A stretch of 64,000 bases of DNA from Candidatus Woesearchaeota archaeon (GCA_964430545.1 CAYSFG010000024.1:24534-88533), one strand, 5' to 3'; positions 48,928 to 59,614 are shown, counted from the stretch's first letter. Program-made: numbers and translations. Notes: generated from the letters alone by a model not told the origin.

Positions 48928-49527
48928 ATGCCACAATTAACTAAAGAACAATTAGTTGAAATTCAGTCTTATATAGAAACTCTTCCAGAAGAAGAAAGAG
49001 ACTCAAAAATGAAAGAAGTAGTTTCAAAATTAGAAAATGAAAAATCTCAATGTCCATTTTGTTTGATGTCAGAAAATAAAATACAAACTACTAAAGTTTT
49101 TGAGGATTCCTATTTAATGGCTGTTTTAGAAATAAATCCTGCTAATGATGGCCATACTTTATTGTTTACTAAACTTCATAGATTAAGCATTTCAGAATTA
49201 ACAGATCCAGAGATTGAATCATTAACCAAATCACTAAAATTACTTTCAATATCTTTAAAATCTTTCTCAGATAGTTTAAACATTGTTATGTCTGAAGGAG
49301 TTAATTCTGGTAATAGGTTTGGGCATCTTGTTTTTAATTTGATTCCGAGAATAGTTAGTGATTCAATAAATATAGTGTGGAAAGGCAAGCCAAGTAGTGA
49401 AGAATATTTAAAATCAACTAAAGAAAAAATAATAGAAAATTTACCTCAAGAAAAAAAGATCGTCCAGCTACCTATAGAACCTGAAGATTCATTAAAATCT
49501 AGAATGAAAAAGAAAAGGCTTCCTTAA
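48928..49527 (+). CDS. HIT-fold protein with degenerate histidine triad
   Basis: CPFC, INPANDGHTLL, but GHLVFNLIPR instead of HxHxH. Confidence 0.8.
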   Translation: MPQLTKEQLVEIQSYIETLPEEERDSKMKEVVSKLENEKSQCPFCLMSENKIQTTKVFEDSYLMAVLEINPANDGHTLLFTKLHRLSISELTDPEIESLTKSLKLLSISLKSFSDSLNIVMSEGVNSGNRFGHLVFNLIPRIVSDSINIVWKGKPSSEEYLKSTKEKIIENLPQEKKIVQLPIEPEDSLKSRMKKKRLP

Positions 49528-49608
49528 AATATAATCTACAAAAATTAATTATATTAATTTGTTTTTGATTAATATTAAACAAAATTATAACTTAAGAATT
49601 TATATGAT

Positions 49609-50457
49609 TTAAAATATAACATTACCAAATATTATTGTTATTATAAATCCTATCAAGAACCCAGGCACAAAAGCAATTCCTTCTTTTATTATTACATTTC
49701 TTATCTTATATTTTTTTAATATTTTTATATGTTCTGAGTTTATTCCAAATATTTTTTTTGATATTAATATTTTTTTATTAAACATTATATCTTGTGCCAG
49801 CCAATCTCCTTCAGTAAGTTTATTTATATTAACTTTTTTATACATGCAACTATTTTCTACTGTTTTTAGCATATTTAATATTAAAGATAATAAAATTAAT
49901 AACAACCCTAATAAAAATCCAACATATTTAATAAAACCTTCAAATATTATTAAACTTATTATTATTATTAAAATACCTAAAAAAATTCCAATAAATAACA
50001 TTGTATGGTTTTGTTTCTGCCATTCTGTTTTAAATTTTTCATAATTTTTTACAGCTAGAATTATTGCATAAATTATCCCATATATACTTCCAAATAAAAA
50101 TATATTTAATATTAATAATAGTAAGAATGGTAAGTTTATGTTAGGATTAAATATAATTATTTCATAATTTCCAAATAATGCACCCAATCCCATTAATAAT
50201 TTGCAGTCTCCTCCACCCCATTGTTTTGTATAATACATTATATTAGCAAAGATTATTGCTATTATTAGTCCTATTATTCCATAAAATATTATTTGATAAT
50301 CTTTGTAAATTAATGAGTATAATAATCTTATTCCAATTCCAGAAGTTATCAAAGAATATGTTAACCAATTTGGTACTTCTTTTGTTCTTAAATCAATGAT
50401 TGTTGCAAATATTAATGCAATTATAGCTATTATTAATAATAAAATCCAGAGTATCAT
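49609..50457 (-). CDS. A24 prepilin peptidase (PibD/FlaK-like)
   Basis: IDLRTKEVPN and GGGDCKL catalytic Asp motifs, multi-TM, AFVPGF. Confidence 0.9.
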   Translation of the reverse strand: MILWILLLIIAIIALIFATIIDLRTKEVPNWLTYSLITSGIGIRLLYSLIYKDYQIIFYGIIGLIIAIIFANIMYYTKQWGGGDCKLLMGLGALFGNYEIIIFNPNINLPFLLLLILNIFLFGSIYGIIYAIILAVKNYEKFKTEWQKQNHTMLFIGIFLGILIIIISLIIFEGFIKYVGFLLGLLLILLSLILNMLKTVENSCMYKKVNINKLTEGDWLAQDIMFNKKILISKKIFGINSEHIKILKKYKIRNVIIKEGIAFVPGFLIGFIITIIFGNVIF

Positions 50458-50508
50458 ATTATTTTATTTTTAATTATCTTTATAAACCTTTTTTATATTC
50501 ATAAATCT

Positions 50509-51585
50509 ATGATATCTATAATTGGTGGTGGTCCTGCAGGAAGTTATTTAGCTTATTTACTTGCAAAAAAAAATAAAGAAGTTGAAGTTTTTGAAGAACA
50601 TTCTAAGATTGGAGATCCTATTCAATGTTCTGGTGTTATTACTCCAGCTTTAAATGATTTAATTAAAATTAAAAAAGATATTTTAGTTAATAAGATTAAT
50701 AGAATTAAGTTTCATGCTCCAAACGGAAAAACATTTGAAGTTCCTATAAAACCAGATTATGTTTTTGATAGATCTAAATTAGATAAGTACATTGCTTCTT
50801 TAGCAGAAAAAGCAGGTGCTAAGTTTCATTTAAATTCTAGATTTTTAGAATATTCCCATTTTAATAAAGATGAATTAAAATTAAAGTTTGAAAAATTTAC
50901 TAAAAATACTAATTTATTAATTGGTGCTGATGGCCCAAGATCAAAAGTTGCACACTCTGCAAATTTATTTCATAATAGAAAATTTATTATTGGTGTTCAA
51001 GCTAGATCTAAGGTTAAATTAGAATCTAAAGATCTTGTTGAGATTTATTTAGGTTATGGGGAATTTGGCTGGTCGATTCCTGAAGATGAATATCATTCTC
51101 GTATTGGTGTAGTTTCAGAAACAGATCCTACTGCAGATTTTAATTCTTTAATGAAGAGATTAAATGCTAAATTTATTTGTTATCAATCTGGAATGATTCC
51201 GTTATATGATCCTAAAGTTAAGACTCAAACTGATAAAGTTTATCTTATTGGTGATGCAGCTACACATGTTAAGGCAAGTACACATGGATCAATTTTGTAC
51301 AGTCTTATTGTTGGGCAGGAATTATGCAAAGCGATTACTGAAAATAAAGATTATGAATCATTATGGCACAAAAAATTAGGTTTTGAGTTATGGCTTCATT
51401 TAAAAATTAGAAATACTTTAAAGAAATTTTCTCATGAAGATTATAATAAATTAGTTGAATATTTTTCACAAGAAAAGCTGAATAAACATTTATCTTCACA
51501 TGTTAGAGATTTTCCAAGTAAATTTTTATTTAAGATGATTGCTTCTGAGCCAAGATTGGCTAGATTTGCAACAAAATTATTATAG
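50509..51585 (+). CDS. Geranylgeranyl reductase family FAD oxidoreductase
   Basis: IIGGGPAG, IGADG, LIGDAA. Confidence 0.88.
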   Translation: MISIIGGGPAGSYLAYLLAKKNKEVEVFEEHSKIGDPIQCSGVITPALNDLIKIKKDILVNKINRIKFHAPNGKTFEVPIKPDYVFDRSKLDKYIASLAEKAGAKFHLNSRFLEYSHFNKDELKLKFEKFTKNTNLLIGADGPRSKVAHSANLFHNRKFIIGVQARSKVKLESKDLVEIYLGYGEFGWSIPEDEYHSRIGVVSETDPTADFNSLMKRLNAKFICYQSGMIPLYDPKVKTQTDKVYLIGDAATHVKASTHGSILYSLIVGQELCKAITENKDYESLWHKKLGFELWLHLKIRNTLKKFSHEDYNKLVEYFSQEKLNKHLSSHVRDFPSKFLFKMIASEPRLARFATKLL

Positions 51586-51614
51586 GGAATTTTGAATAAT
51601 TATATTTTTAGAAT

Positions 51615-51657
51615 GTTTTGTTTTACAAAACCCCAATAAGAACCATGAGGTTCTTAT
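51615..51657. terminator. Two adjacent inverted repeats after the reductase gene
   Basis: GTTTTGT-TTT-ACAAAAC and ATAAGAACC-ATGA-GGTTCTTAT. Confidence 0.4.
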
Positions 51658-51798
51658 AAACTTCATTTCTATTATTTGTTTTTTTCTAAAATTAAACCCT
51701 TCTAAGCTGAAAATTTATATAGTTTGTTATATACTTAATATAAAATACTTAATAAACTCTACAAAACATTTAAATATTGATTATTATATAATAAATCT

Positions 51799-52989
51799 AT
51801 GATAAAAAATAAAAAAGGTGCAGACGGAGGCTCTGTAGCAGTTATATTAATTATTATTGCTCTATTTATGGTTCTTTATATATTATTTATCCCCCCTGCA
51901 GATAGAGATTTATTATTAAATCAGCCAAATTCAAGTTCTAATATAAATTCAAATGTAGTTAATGGTAAAATTGAATTATTATTTGCATCTCCGGGCAGAT
52001 TAAACCCAAATGAAGAATTTGGTACAATGCATCCTTTACAAGATGTTAATTTATTTGTTAAGACAGAACCTAAATTAGTCAGTCTTTCTCAAAATTTAAA
52101 TGTTGAAAATAGTTTATTTTCTAAGTCTTTTCCTAAAATAAGATTTCAGACAAGTGATTTATCAGAAACTAAAGGCGTTTCATTAAACTTTTTTGTCAGC
52201 AAAACTCAAGGTGAATTAAGGATGAAATTAAACGGTAATACTATTTACACTGAAGAAGTGGAAGGTACTGGTGCAAAAATTATTAACATTGCAGTTCAGG
52301 ATTTAAAAGATAATAATGAACTAGAATTTTCTGTTTCTTCTCCTGGCTTAGCTTTTTGGGCTACAAATAAATATAATCTTAAAGATATTATACTTAAACA
52401 GGAATTTAACAGAATTAATAGTGAAGAAGAAAGAACATTTACCGTTTCAGAACAGGAAAAAAATAGTTTGCAATTTGTAAAAATAAAATATACTCAAGTA
52501 TGTAATCAACCATTACCTAAAGAAACTGCACCATTAACTATTTATATTAATAATAAGAGAGCTTCTTCAGCTTACATAAGATGTGTTACAACATCTCAAA
52601 ACTTTGATATAGATTCTTCTTTAATTGTTGAAGGAACAAATAAAATACAATTTAAATTAGAGGAAGGAGATTTTTTATTATCTGCAATTAGTGTAGAAAC
52701 AAAATCTTCAGATTCAAAATTCTCTACATATCCATTTTCATTGCCTGCTTCAGAATTTAAATTAATATCTTCAGGTCAGAAAACTGTTAATCTAGAATTA
52801 TCAATGCCTACTAAGAGGGGGCTCAAAGCAGCAAGGTTATTAATAAATAATAATGAAGTTTTATTAAATACAGATTCTACTTCTTTTTCAAGAGATATTA
52901 GTAGTCTTCTTGTTGAAGGAACAAATGTTTTACAAATAATTCCAACGTCTTCATTTTCTATTAATAGTCTTAAAGTAGTATTAAGTTAA
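51799..52989 (+). CDS. Class III signal-peptide surface protein
   Basis: MIKNKKG/ADGGSVAVILIIIALFMVLYILF; beta-rich body. Confidence 0.75.
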   Translation: MIKNKKGADGGSVAVILIIIALFMVLYILFIPPADRDLLLNQPNSSSNINSNVVNGKIELLFASPGRLNPNEEFGTMHPLQDVNLFVKTEPKLVSLSQNLNVENSLFSKSFPKIRFQTSDLSETKGVSLNFFVSKTQGELRMKLNGNTIYTEEVEGTGAKIINIAVQDLKDNNELEFSVSSPGLAFWATNKYNLKDIILKQEFNRINSEEERTFTVSEQEKNSLQFVKIKYTQVCNQPLPKETAPLTIYINNKRASSAYIRCVTTSQNFDIDSSLIVEGTNKIQFKLEEGDFLLSAISVETKSSDSKFSTYPFSLPASEFKLISSGQKTVNLELSMPTKRGLKAARLLINNNEVLLNTDSTSFSRDISSLLVEGTNVLQIIPTSSFSINSLKVVLS

Positions 52990-53002
52990 AAGAGGCGATT
53001 AA

Positions 53003-54352
53003 ATGGCTAATGATTTAAATAAAAGTAATCAAAAAACTATTATTCAACAAGGTGCTTCACCATTTGCTTGGATACTATCTAAGATTTTTACATTATTTAA
53101 ATATATTCTTATAATTGTTGTATTCTTTAGTATTATTGGTGCTTTATTTTTTTTAGGAGTTGGGAGTTATAGATCTTATCAATCAGGTCAGGCCGGTTCT
53201 TTAATTACGCATACTTCAGTTGGTCTTTCTGAACCAGCGAAGGAAAGTAAAGGTTTTCTTTATACTATTTCTCCTACACTTTATTCTTTCTGGACAGGAG
53301 ATTACCAAAAACAATTAAGTTTTGATTCTGATGTTGAAGCTAACGCTAATAATAGAAACTTAGGTGTCAAAATCAAAAATCTAGAAGCATTACCCTCTAC
53401 AGTTTATGAACAAGATCCAATAAGATTTACAGGTTCTGTTTCAGCAGCCAGTATTGGTGAAGATATTAAACTTAGCGCAACTTGTCGTTTAGAAGGTTAT
53501 AATCATGATCGCCCTATCCCTGCCAAATTATATGGTTCAACAACTACTAAAAGTAATGAAGCTGTTATTTTCAAGGATGCAAATGAAGAGCTTGTTGCTG
53601 AGTGTTTATTTCCTGATGGTGTTTCTTTGAAAAATAATAAAGTTAATAAAGAATCTAAGGTTGGAAAACTTAGTATTGTTACTGAATATTTTACAGAAGC
53701 TTCTCAGACAGTTTATTTTATGTCACAATCTGAATATCTTACTATAAGAAGTAAAAATCAAGATCCTTTTATTGTTAAAAAAATTAAAAATCCTCAATTA
53801 AGAAGTGATAGGAGAATAGATTCTATTTATACTGCTGGTCCTGCTAAAGTTAAAGTAGGTATAGATCTTCCCCAACCTTTTGTTGATAATAGGCCTTATA
53901 TTTTGAATGTTCAGCTTTCTAATGCTATTGGTGATACTGGCATGATTCAAAGAATAAATGCTATTGTTTTAGAATTGCCTAATGTTCCTGATTTAAGATT
54001 AGTTTTAGAAGGCACTGCTGGTTATTCTTCCTCTACTAGTGTTGATACTTGTGATTTTGAATTTGTTGGGCCTGGAGAAGAAGGTTTTGATATTTATCAA
54101 GTTAAAGAAGAGAAATTAGTTAGTATTAACAAAGATTGTGGTAGCGCTGATTTGAAAAGTTTACATTTTACAGAAAAACAATGTATTGATTTTTTCAGGG
54201 CTAATCCTACTTTTACTTGTGCTTTCAAAGCAGACAGGGTTCCTAAAGAGTTACAATATGATACTATAAGAGTAAGGGCTAAATATTTATATCAAGTTGA
54301 AAGATCAAGTGTGGTAGATGTTATTAAAGCTCTTGATTTTACAAATGTTTAA
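53003..54352 (+). CDS. Membrane-anchored beta-rich surface protein
   Basis: N-terminal TM, paired Cys, Ig-like patterning. Confidence 0.75.
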   Translation: MANDLNKSNQKTIIQQGASPFAWILSKIFTLFKYILIIVVFFSIIGALFFLGVGSYRSYQSGQAGSLITHTSVGLSEPAKESKGFLYTISPTLYSFWTGDYQKQLSFDSDVEANANNRNLGVKIKNLEALPSTVYEQDPIRFTGSVSAASIGEDIKLSATCRLEGYNHDRPIPAKLYGSTTTKSNEAVIFKDANEELVAECLFPDGVSLKNNKVNKESKVGKLSIVTEYFTEASQTVYFMSQSEYLTIRSKNQDPFIVKKIKNPQLRSDRRIDSIYTAGPAKVKVGIDLPQPFVDNRPYILNVQLSNAIGDTGMIQRINAIVLELPNVPDLRLVLEGTAGYSSSTSVDTCDFEFVGPGEEGFDIYQVKEEKLVSINKDCGSADLKSLHFTEKQCIDFFRANPTFTCAFKADRVPKELQYDTIRVRAKYLYQVERSSVVDVIKALDFTNV

Positions 54353-54493
54353 TTAAAGAAAAACCTGTAAAAATATAAATTAAAATTATTTATTATATAA
54401 AATTAAAGTCATAGAAAGAAAAAATATAATTATAAAAATTCTCTAAAATAATTTATAGAAACCTTTTTATAAAACATTTATATTAATAATATT

Positions 54494-55420
54494 ATGAAAA
54501 AGAGTATAATTTTATTATTATTAGTTTCTTTATTTTTAGTTTCATGTACTATTGGTAGTGGTTCTTCAAGTGCTCAAGGTAAGGGTATATCGGCAAGGAT
54601 TTCAACAAGTCCAGAAATTAATGGAAGAACATTAAGTGAATCAGATACTTTTACTGTTAATGTTGAAATTATTAATTATTTTACTTCTAAAAAAGGTATT
54701 AACGGTTATTTATGTTTAAACGACCAATCTGGTTCTACTTATGGTGGTGTTTCAGATAACAATAATTGTGTCCCTTTAAGTTTAGCCCCTGCAGAAAATA
54801 TTAATAATAATATTAATCCTACTGGAGTTTCAATTAATTTTCCTAATGCTGGTGAGTATTCTTATTATAATTTAGGTTCTACTTCTATACCTAATCAGAT
54901 TGTTGCTGATATTTTATATGATACAGAAAGTATTGCAGGTGGTGTTGCTTGTGTTTCTACAAAAAATTCTAATAAATGTCAAGGTTCTCAAACTATTTCC
55001 TTGAATAAACAAGATGCTCCTTTAATTATTAGTCAGATTATTGCCAGCCCAAGTTATAGATCAAATGATGTTGTGTTAAATCTAGAAATTCATATTGTTC
55101 AGAATGATGATGGTGAGATTTTGACCCCGGGAAATTTACTTTCTGCTAATAAGAGAAATTCAGAAGTTAAGATAGATGTTGAAATGGAAAATAAAATTAC
55201 TAAATGTACTGGTTCTGGTTTTAGTGGTAATACGCTAGAATTTTCCCAATTAAAATTATCTAATAATAAAAACGAAAAGATTATTAAGTGCAAGGCAGTT
55301 ATAGATATACCTTCAGATTACAAAAACGTTCCAATTAATGTAATGATGGTTTATGGTTTTAAGAAAAGAATCGAAGGTCCAGTGTTTAGTCTTAAAAAAT
55401 CAGAAGAGGAGTTGATTTAG
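54494..55420 (+). CDS. Lipoprotein-like Ig-fold surface protein
   Basis: LVSC lipobox; paralogous pattern with the next gene (AxxCV/L...C, APxxI/V). Confidence 0.75.
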   Translation: MKKSIILLLLVSLFLVSCTIGSGSSSAQGKGISARISTSPEINGRTLSESDTFTVNVEIINYFTSKKGINGYLCLNDQSGSTYGGVSDNNNCVPLSLAPAENINNNINPTGVSINFPNAGEYSYYNLGSTSIPNQIVADILYDTESIAGGVACVSTKNSNKCQGSQTISLNKQDAPLIISQIIASPSYRSNDVVLNLEIHIVQNDDGEILTPGNLLSANKRNSEVKIDVEMENKITKCTGSGFSGNTLEFSQLKLSNNKNEKIIKCKAVIDIPSDYKNVPINVMMVYGFKKRIEGPVFSLKKSEEELI

Positions 55421-55421
55421 A

Positions 55422-56369
55422 ATGAAAAAAATTGCAATAGTTTTATTAATTTTAATTTTTATTTTAGCGGCTTGTGGTAAAACTTCAGATACAAAAACAA
55501 AAACTGGTTTTATAGGCGGTAAAGAAGGTTTAGCCCCTACATTAACAATAGCTTCATCATCAGCTAAGCCTAATGAAATATTTGATAACAATGTTGAAAA
55601 TTTTCAGATAAATTTAAATCTTAAAAATAAAGGTGAATCATTTGTAAAATCTAGTGATGTAGTTGTTCAGTTAGCAGGTATTGATCTTATTGCTTTTCAG
55701 ATTAAAGAAAAAGACGGTGTTTCTAGAAGTCTAGATCAACTTGATAAATCTAGAATTGAAGCAGGTAAATTATTACCTTCTGCTGAGACAAATATTGTTT
55801 ACAATGCTAATTATAAATATGATGAACCTACAGATAAGACACAGGATTTAGGTGTCAATTTTTGTTATAAATATCAAACAATTTCAACTGCTGATGCTTG
55901 TTTAAGAAAAGAAGTTACCAAACCTACTTCAGAAAGTAAATGTAAGGTTGATGAACAAAAACTTGTTGGTAATTCAGGCGCACCTGTTCAGGTTACTCTA
56001 TTAAATGAAAGACCAAATGGCCAAAATGAAGTTACTTTTACTGTTCAGGTTGAAAATATTGGTAAGGGTAAAGTTTATGATCCTGATTTTTTATCTAAAA
56101 ATAAATGTTCTGAAGATAGAGAATCTGAAAATAAACTTCATATAAGTATAAATTTTCCTGATGGTAATCCTAAAATAAAATGTAATAGGTTTAGTGATAA
56201 TAATGAAGGCACAATTGAATTATTCCAAAATAAAGCTTCATTTTCTTGCACAGCAGAAACTTCTAGTTTGCAAGAAACTACATTTACTAAATCAATTAGG
56301 ATTGTATCAGATTATGTTTATAAAGATAGTATATCTAATAAATTAGTGATAAGAAGCACAACAGCTTAA
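55422..56369 (+). CDS. Lipoprotein-like Ig-fold surface protein
   Basis: LAAC lipobox; FCYKYQT, NSGAPVQVT. Confidence 0.75.
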   Translation: MKKIAIVLLILIFILAACGKTSDTKTKTGFIGGKEGLAPTLTIASSSAKPNEIFDNNVENFQINLNLKNKGESFVKSSDVVVQLAGIDLIAFQIKEKDGVSRSLDQLDKSRIEAGKLLPSAETNIVYNANYKYDEPTDKTQDLGVNFCYKYQTISTADACLRKEVTKPTSESKCKVDEQKLVGNSGAPVQVTLLNERPNGQNEVTFTVQVENIGKGKVYDPDFLSKNKCSEDRESENKLHISINFPDGNPKIKCNRFSDNNEGTIELFQNKASFSCTAETSSLQETTFTKSIRIVSDYVYKDSISNKLVIRSTTA

Positions 56370-56412
56370 TTTTTTTGTAAACATTTATTAACTTCTTTTA
56401 TTCTTTTTATTC

Positions 56413-57645
56413 ATGGAATTTATAAGTGATTTTCATATTCATGGAAGATATGCCCAAGCATGCAGTAAACTAACAACTATTGAAGATTTAGAAAATAATG
56501 CTAGAATTAAAGGTTTACATATTTTAGGAACAGGTGATGCTCAACATCCTTTATGGAATAAAGAAATTAATTCTAAATTAACTGAAGATGAAAATGGAAT
56601 TTTATGGACAAAAAATAAGTTTCCTTTTATTTGGTCTACAGAAATTTCTTTAGCTTATACTCATAATGGTAAGGGCAGAAGAATCCATCATGTTGTTTTA
56701 TTTCCAAATAAAGAGATTGTTGAGCAGTTCATAGCTGCTTTATTAAAAAGGGGGCGTATTGATTATGATGGTCGTCCAATTTTTGGTATGTCTAGTATTG
56801 AATTTATTGATATGTTAAGAGCTATATCAACAGATATTGAAGTTATACCTGCTCATTGCTGGACGTCGTGGATGTCTATCTTTGGTTCTAAATCAGGTTA
56901 TGATTCTATTGAAGAATGTTTTGAAGATCGTTCTAAATATATTCATGCTATTGAAACTGGAATTTCTAGTAATCCTGCAATGAATCGTAGAATTTCTAAA
57001 TTAGATAAATATAATTTAGTTTCATTTTCAGATCCACATTCTAGCCACCCTTCAAGATTAGGAAGAGAAGCTACAATTTTTAATTTAAAAGAGTTATCTT
57101 ATAAAAATATTTTAAATGCTATTAGAACAGGTGATGGATTGAACGGAACTATTGAAACAAATCCAGAATACGGTAAATATCACATCGATGGTCATCGTGC
57201 ATGTAATTTTATTTGTAATTTTAAAGAAACTAAAAAATTAAATGGTATTTGTCCTAAATGTAAAAGCCCTTTGACTATTGGTGTTGAATATAGGGTTGAA
57301 CAATTAGCTGATCGTGATATCCCTAAGAATGTTCCCAATTTTAAAGAGTTTATTCCATTGCATGAATTAATTTCTGCTGTTTATGGTATAGCTTCATTTA
57401 AAACTAAAAAAGTAGAGGAAATTTATAATTTATTGATTAAAAATTTTAAAAATGAATATAATATTTTATTAAATATTTCACAAGAAGAATTATCTAAAAA
57501 TATTCATCCTAGACTTGCAAAAGTAATAATTTTAAATAGGGAAAATAAATTAAAAATTAATCCAGGTTATGATGGGGTTTATGGTAAAATAGTTTTAAAT
57601 AATTTAAAAATTGAAAAGCCACAAAAAAGTTTGGGAGAATTTTAA
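56413..57645 (+). CDS. endoQ: Endonuclease Q family (PHP domain plus Zn finger)
   Basis: DFHIHGRYA, GTGD, PAHCWT, ETGISS, FSDPHS, CPKC, PGYDGVYG. Confidence 0.9.
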   Translation: MEFISDFHIHGRYAQACSKLTTIEDLENNARIKGLHILGTGDAQHPLWNKEINSKLTEDENGILWTKNKFPFIWSTEISLAYTHNGKGRRIHHVVLFPNKEIVEQFIAALLKRGRIDYDGRPIFGMSSIEFIDMLRAISTDIEVIPAHCWTSWMSIFGSKSGYDSIEECFEDRSKYIHAIETGISSNPAMNRRISKLDKYNLVSFSDPHSSHPSRLGREATIFNLKELSYKNILNAIRTGDGLNGTIETNPEYGKYHIDGHRACNFICNFKETKKLNGICPKCKSPLTIGVEYRVEQLADRDIPKNVPNFKEFIPLHELISAVYGIASFKTKKVEEIYNLLIKNFKNEYNILLNISQEELSKNIHPRLAKVIILNRENKLKINPGYDGVYGKIVLNNLKIEKPQKSLGEF

Positions 57646-57788
57646 ATAAAAAGTAATTATTTAATTTTATGAAGCCCGGCGAAGGGATGAATTTTTTTAT
57701 CATTTTTGTTTATCGACTGACAATTTCAGATGCCTGAGTAGATACAATAAAAACAAATATTTATATAGTTATAGTTATAATCATAATT

Positions 57789-57986
57789 ATGGCAACAACA
57801 ATACAAATATCAGATAATACAAAACAAATTTTAGAATCATTAAAAGAGAAAAAAAATATTAAGTCTTATGATCTACTTTTACAAAATATTTTAAAGAAAC
57901 ATACTAAGATGCCAGATTCTATGTTTGGTTCTCTTAAAGGAATGAAATGGAAAAAAGAGGATAGGGCTAATTTAGATGAGCTATGA
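57789..57986 (+). CDS. Putative antitoxin (RHH/VapB-like)
   Basis: MATTIQIS...SYDLLLQ...SMFGSLK; overlaps the PIN toxin. Confidence 0.85.
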   Translation: MATTIQISDNTKQILESLKEKKNIKSYDLLLQNILKKHTKMPDSMFGSLKGMKWKKEDRANLDEL

Positions 57987-58359
57987 ATTTATTTTAGATA
58001 GTTCTGTTTGGATAGAATATTTTATAGGGGATATTAAGATAGAAAAAATAAAAGAAGTAATAGAAGAAGGTAAAATTGCTACTTCAATATTAGCTATAGT
58101 AGAATTAGCAGATAAATTTAATCGTGATGGTAAAGATTTTGAAAGTTATTTAAATTTTATTAAAAGTCATGCAGTTATATTACCAATAACTATCTCAATT
58201 GCATTAGAATCTGCTAAGATTAAAAAGAAATTTCGTGTTAAAAATTCAAAATTTGGTATTGCAGACTCTATTCACCTAGCAACTGCACATTCAGAAAACA
58301 CTAAATTGCTCACTAAAGATTCAGATTTCTCAGATGCTGACAATGCTTATTTGATATAA
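57976..58359 (+). CDS. vapC: PIN-domain VapC toxin
   Basis: LDSSVWIEY, IVEL, IADSIHLATA, TKDSDF. Confidence 0.9.
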   Translation: MSYEFILDSSVWIEYFIGDIKIEKIKEVIEEGKIATSILAIVELADKFNRDGKDFESYLNFIKSHAVILPITISIALESAKIKKKFRVKNSKFGIADSIHLATAHSENTKLLTKDSDFSDADNAYLI

Positions 58360-58771
58360 TGCTTAACAGTTATTAATAAATAAAAAGTTTGGGAGAATTT
58401 TGAAATATCATTTTTTATTTTCATTAATAGATTTGAGAAATAATTTATCTAATAGGTTTTGCCTTTTTCAATAATTCATTAAAAGTTTTTTTGTCAAGTT
58501 TATAATAGTGCTTTATTTTTTGTGGTTAATATAGTCATTTCATCATTTTTTTAATTTTTAACTTCAAGCAATAATTCTTCAGAGTCTATTATAATTGCGC
58601 TTAATAAATTTTTTAAAGGTAAAGAAACTGATGATTTTGTTGAAGGTAAAAAAACGATTATTCTGCTAAAAAAATAATTGAAACCATTTAGTCGCTTTTG
58701 TTCATATGTATGATGTTTGAAGTGTTTATGGTTGGTTTGATTATTTTAAAGAACACAATAATAGGCGGTAT

Positions 58772-59545
58772 TTAGCCTATATAATTTGTAACATCTTTCT
58801 TTGTTGTTTGTTTATCATCTTTCATCAACATCATTTTTTCTATTTTCTCTTTAATTTCTTTTTCTATAAGTTTGACTTCTTTATCAAGTTCTTTCATATT
58901 TAATCCTAATTTATAAACATTATTTAATATTTTTAATAGTTCTCTTGCTTCTTTTATTCCAAAATAAGTAGGATATCCAATTGTTTCTATTAATAGGCAT
59001 ATCGCTTTTATATTTCTCTTTTTTGCTAGCCCTATTAGTAGTCCACTTACTCCTATTACCGGACCAACTATTCCTATTGCTGGTTTTACTCCTTCATTCT
59101 TAAAATTTTTCATTATTGATACATCAGTAAATGTAGAATAAACTTTTGGTTTTTTTGGTAATTCTTCTAATCCTATCCCGCCTAATGTAACTATATTAAC
59201 ACATTTTAATTTTTCTAATAAAATTAATAAATTTTCACAAAAAGTATAACATCCTTCTTCATTTATTGGTTGTACATCTCCTGATAAAAATAAGAAGTCT
59301 ATTTTATTTATTTTTTTGTAATATATTTCCACTTTCGGTAGTTCTGCTACCCCCTTTTCATTTACAAACACACAATTAGGAAAGTTATAAGAATTTATTT
59401 CATATATTTTTTCAGCATCTGTACTTTCTATTATAAAATCTACTGTTATTTTTCCTACATTTCCCATTCCTGGAAGTCCTTCTATTAATACAGGATTTAC
59501 AATTTTTGTATTTTTAACTCTGTTTATTATCCAGTTTCTGTTCAT
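58772..59545 (-). CDS. Proteasome assembly chaperone PAC2 family
   Basis: IEGLPGMGNVGK, GDVQP, TLGG, GVSGLL. Confidence 0.9.
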   Translation of the reverse strand: MNRNWIINRVKNTKIVNPVLIEGLPGMGNVGKITVDFIIESTDAEKIYEINSYNFPNCVFVNEKGVAELPKVEIYYKKINKIDFLFLSGDVQPINEEGCYTFCENLLILLEKLKCVNIVTLGGIGLEELPKKPKVYSTFTDVSIMKNFKNEGVKPAIGIVGPVIGVSGLLIGLAKKRNIKAICLLIETIGYPTYFGIKEARELLKILNNVYKLGLNMKELDKEVKLIEKEIKEKIEKMMLMKDDKQTTKKDVTNYIG

Positions 59546-59614
59546 AATTATTACAAAATCTATTGCCTTATAAATTTTGTTAATTTAAAATATGTTATTA
59601 CAATATTACTTTCT

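Larger units (their letters stand above)
57624..58401. mobile_element. TA cassette bounded by a 20-bp direct repeat duplicating the endoQ 3' end
   Basis: AAAAAGTTTGGGAGAATTTT at 57624-57643 and 58382-58401, each reading KSLGEF then a stop. Confidence 0.75.

Noticed and set aside
51615-51657. Tandem hairpins as an IS or MITE end
   Set aside because: No second copy, target duplication or transposase nearby; a terminator is the simpler reading
58500-58560. ATGATGA on the minus strand as a second C/D sRNA
   Set aside because: No D/D' boxes at suitable spacing and no terminal stem
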